Virus record (IMG/VR): IMGVR_UViG_3300044621_002455
Strand: one strand, 5' to 3'
DNA length: 64,000 nt
DNA from: an uncultured virus (IMG/VR IMGVR_UViG_3300044621_002455)
Taxonomy: Duplodnaviria > Heunggongvirae > Uroviricota > Caudoviricetes
The notes under the pieces are model-generated. The model searched no databases and was not told the DNA's origin. It worked only from the letters and a program-made list of their open reading frames with translations. The position numbers and the translations under genes are program-made. Shown here one piece after another: positions 63,634 through 64,000 of this stretch. Each line of letters begins with the position of its first letter. The first letter of the stretch is position 1.

Positions 63634-64000
63634 TCAGGAGCGAGAGAAGGCGAAGGAGCCACCATCGGGGAGAGCTTGCCAGGAGCCAGAGCCGAGAGGG
63701 AGAGCGAAGCGAGAGGCGCTCTCAGGCTTCGCTCCTCGCGAGCGCTTGAGGCGAAGGAGCACAGCGAGGCCAGAGAAGCCAGGAGCGGGAGAGGGATCGA
63801 GCATCCTTAAATCATTCGCGTCGCCATTGATGCACTGCAGGAGCGCCTCTCGGCCGTGCTGATCGCGAAGGAGGAGCGAGACAGGGAGAGGCTCCCCCTT
63901 AGGGAGGAGGATTGGCACGGCAACAGAGAAGCCGGCCTCTGCTGCGTCAATTGCTCGAGAGGAGCAGCGCTCCTGATCAGCAGCGAAGGAGGCCGTCACG
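63634..64000 (-). CDS. C-terminal part of a gp88-like phage protein (extends beyond the window)
   Basis: VTASF...AGFSVAVP...K..PLP...INGD..DLR.LDP...LRLKR resembles the C-terminus of gp88-like proteins. Confidence 0.5.
   Translation of the reverse strand, partial: VTASFAADQERCSSRAIDAAEAGFSVAVPILLPKGEPLPVSLLLRDQHGREALLQCINGDANDLRMLDPSPAPGFSGLAVLLRLKRSRGAKPESASRFALPLGSGSWQALPDGGSFAFSRS

Noticed and set aside
63128..63749. Plus-strand Gly/Glu/Arg-rich ORFs
   Set aside because: Stops are absent only because T is scarce in the purine tract; the recognisable coding signal is on the minus strand
1..64000. CRISPR array or cas locus (the exonuclease at 12224-13024 is Cas4-like)
   Set aside because: No regularly spaced direct repeats; the nuclease sits with the annealing protein and SSB as a recombination module

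Overview
The window is most of the genome of a long-tailed (siphovirus-like) cyanophage. The likely host is a picocyanobacterium such as Synechococcus/Cyanobium, inferred from a glutamine-II riboswitch with a YRG peptide, HLR1-like repeats, a short cyanophage-type class I RNR and an NblA-like ORF. Layout: (1) small early/accessory genes on the minus strand (1-7.4 kb); (2) a primase-helicase, then a divergent replication/nucleotide operon with a Sak3-like annealing protein, exonuclease, SSB, dcd, thyX and DUF3310; (3) lysis genes; (4) a long minus-strand virion module running from tail fibres and tail tip through tape measure, major tail, DUF2184 capsid and DUF2213 protease to portal, interrupted by a tyrosine recombinase and a 7-gene glycosylation cluster; (5) terminase, structured RNAs and RNR; (6) an origin-like region and a compositionally extreme purine-rich end. 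No DNA polymerase, CRISPR array or reverse transcriptase is visible. The strongest candidate for an undescribed system is a stand-alone tyrosine recombinase next to the tail fibre gene, together with a recurring 15-bp quasi-palindromic site (TAGT-N7-ACTA type). The site sits at the stop codons of consecutive small genes in two arrays and also occurs in frame at five module boundaries inside the tail fibre gene. This suggests an integron-like cassette-shuffling system acting on both accessory genes and receptor-binding modules. All calls come from reading motifs by eye; no database searches were run.
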